A DNA stretch of 64,000 nucleotides from Centroscyllium fabricii (taxonomy: Eukaryota): NCBI GenBank assembly GCA_051313645.2, contig JBNRSN020000014.1:34348001-34412000 (forward strand). Direction: 5' to 3'. The notes beneath the pieces were generated by a model. That model was not told the origin of the DNA. It did not search any database and worked only from the letters and a program-made list of their open reading frames with translations. Numbering within the stretch: position 1 is the stretch's first letter; each line of letters begins with the position of its first letter. Shown piece by piece: positions 61,816 through 64,000 of the stretch. Position numbers and translations under genes: made by a program.

Positions 61816-61964
61816 AGCATATAATAGCAAAATACTACGGATGCTGGAAATCTGAAATAACAACAGAAAATGCTGGAAGGGTCCAGAACCCGAAACGTTA
61901 ACTCAGTTTCCCTCTCCATGGATGCGGCCTGGCCTGCTGAGTGTTTCCAGCATTTTCTGTTGTT
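61816..61964. mobile_element. Mini Penelope-like insertion (family 2), inverted tip plus forward arm
   Basis: Near-TSD gtttcatgtacagc/gtttcatgtatagc (61802-61815, 61965-61978); inverted arms caacagaaaatgctggaa / ttccagcattttctgttg. Confidence 0.8.
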
Positions 61965-63105
61965 GTTTCATGTATAGCGTCTGGCCAACCGCTTGCTCAG
62001 CGATGCAGATCACGGTGTGCAAGTGTGTGTGTGATTCTGCGTAACATGGGGAGAAAGGAATTGTGACTGAACTCGTAAAGGGGTGGCACTTGTATTGATC
62101 GAGTGTGCTGCAGACAGTTCATGGGATTGTCTCCCTGTTCCAGTGCTGATATTAAGCTGCCTCTGGTTCACGTACTGTCTTTGGGCTAGCTGCACATGAG
62201 CTCCTTGCTAAGGCCATCAGGTTTCAGGTGTGAAATTTCATACTGCTTAATGGTCAAATCAGCATTTTGAACCCAGGCATTAAGCTTCATGTAATAGCTC
62301 CAGTCTCCATACTGAAATATTGCTGTGACTCTGCGCTGTAGACCCTAGTCTGTGCAGAGTGTGTGGATTTCCCCACCCCGCCAGATTAGGGAGGGGGGAA
62401 TTTCCCGTCTGTTCTTGCTTAAAGCGGCCTGTGTGGGGTTATGGCTGAAGACAGGATCAGACTTGGCGGTGGTATTTAAGAGAGCTCATGGTGATTGGCC
62501 ATTTGAGCAAGGTGCCTGTGGGACCTGAGGCCAGGGAGAGCTGGTGCTGTTGGGAGAGGCGGGGAGAAAATTGCTGCGTGCGTGGTGCTATTTAACCTGT
62601 CTCATCCACTGACTTTTTAAAACCTATATAACAAAGGGTTGCAGTGTTTCAATGTGGCAAGAGGAAATGAAAGGTCTGTTCTAATTATACTCTGCGACAT
62701 CAACATTGTGGAAAAGATCCACTCCAGAAGGTTTCTGATCAGTTTGATTTGGTTTTAAATGCTGCAGCTGGGAATTCAAAATGTGAAGTAGATTTTTTTT
62801 TTGTTGGCTACCATTTACTATTGTGGTATTTACAAGGTGCAGACTTGGGATGGGTTTCAGTGAACCCGAGACTAATTGTATCCTAGATGCTCTTTCCCCC
62901 CCCCCCCCCCCCCCCCCCAAATCTAGTCCACAATATGTTCCCTGACTAGTATTGTGGCAGGAGGTACTTTGGACCACTGGCTGTCAGGATATTGAAGCAC
63001 TCCAGAGTACGGAGATCTGGTCAGAAATAAACCCTTGGAAATGGTCACATTAAATTGGAAGGAGACCTTATAGGTAGGGGATGATGAGCAAGTATTGTCC
63101 TGTTC

Positions 63106-63136
<31 letters not shown>

Positions 63137-64000
63137 TATTTTTACTGAACTTAAATTAAAGGCCAAGGCCCATAATGCAGGACATGATGAGCTTGTGAAG
63201 AGTAAAGGAGGAGACCAGCTCTCTACCTTGTGTGCTAGCAGTACCCCAGCTGGGTGTTGGCGTAATGCTGGGATTGTGATGCAGCTAATCTTCATGCAGT
63301 GGTGCCTGGTGGGAAGGGAGGTGTTTGATTGGTGGGATCGAGAATTACTCTGTTGCCGTAGCTAGTGTATGCTAATGAGGAAGGTAGACCGAGCAGAGTC
63401 CCAAATTCCGGCTGTCATTCAAGGCAGCAATGACCCAAAGCTGGGTGGCTATTGGGGGGTGTAAGGTGGCATCTGGGGAATGATTTTTCGCATGTTCTAC
63501 CTGATGGATTACTGGTAGACCAGAGCTCTGAGTATCAACCACATGTGATATGAGCTGATTTCATTAGATGTGGAATGTTGAACGTGTTGTCCTGTCAACA
63601 ATTGAACTGCCAGGTTGTGTGACCTTGCACCTGAATGCCTTTTTAAAGAAGCACTACTGTGAAACCTCACTGCAGCAGGACAGACTTACCATGAGGAAAG
63701 TTGGGTATGGTGTCGTGCTTCTGAGGGACTGTAATGTCCAGTTTTAGAATAGTTAGGTTCTGTGCGCAGAAGTACCTAATTGAGACTGGGTGAAATGAAC
63801 CGGCTGTGGCCAGGATAGTTGGTCCTAATATCCTTATTAGTTGGTGATTTATTTGTTTGCATGCCGTCCCGCTTGTTCGGTTACGTGTCGGCAGGTATTC
63901 AGTGAATCACTGGGTGAATACATGTGTCTGTTGGTAGCTACATCATTGCCTCTGCTTCAGGACTCCCTATTGATTTGATGTGCACTGCCACTGCCTGGGT

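Noticed and set aside
39603-63135. Long C and A homopolymers (39603-39632, 62896-62918, 63110-63135)
   Set aside because: Ordinary simple repeats; lengths are also prone to sequencing error.

Overview
Eukaryotic, repeat-rich genomic DNA, very likely from a cartilaginous fish (shark/ray), judged from HE1/V-domain SINEs, Deu-domain SacSINE1-like SINEs and abundant CR1/L2 LINEs. The window appears to lie inside one + strand gene, a RAB11FIP3-like gene. Only two short coding exons are visible: 33654-33750 (second EF-hand) and 43447-43538, the latter ending in a non-canonical GC donor. The rest is intron filled with CR1, Zenon-like CR1, L2, Rex1/Babar and RTE-X-like LINE fragments, tRNA- and 5S-derived SINEs, two probable solo LTRs, two families of Penelope-like elements (PLEs) with minimal hammerhead ribozyme motifs, and pogo/Tigger-like and ISL2EU/PIF-like MITEs. 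Most notable: (i) TSD-flanked 90-340 bp mini-PLE insertions with a recurrent inverted-tip architecture; (ii) a MITE family with conserved arms and different cargo in each copy; (iii) a 5S-headed SINE with a Rex1-type tail; (iv) a SINE sharing both its tRNA-like head and its tail with a Zenon-like LINE; (v) a nested, rearranged PLE containing a perfect 27-bp foldback. Repeat family names come from recalled motif similarity, not from database searches. Most ORFs in the track are spurious or TE remnants.
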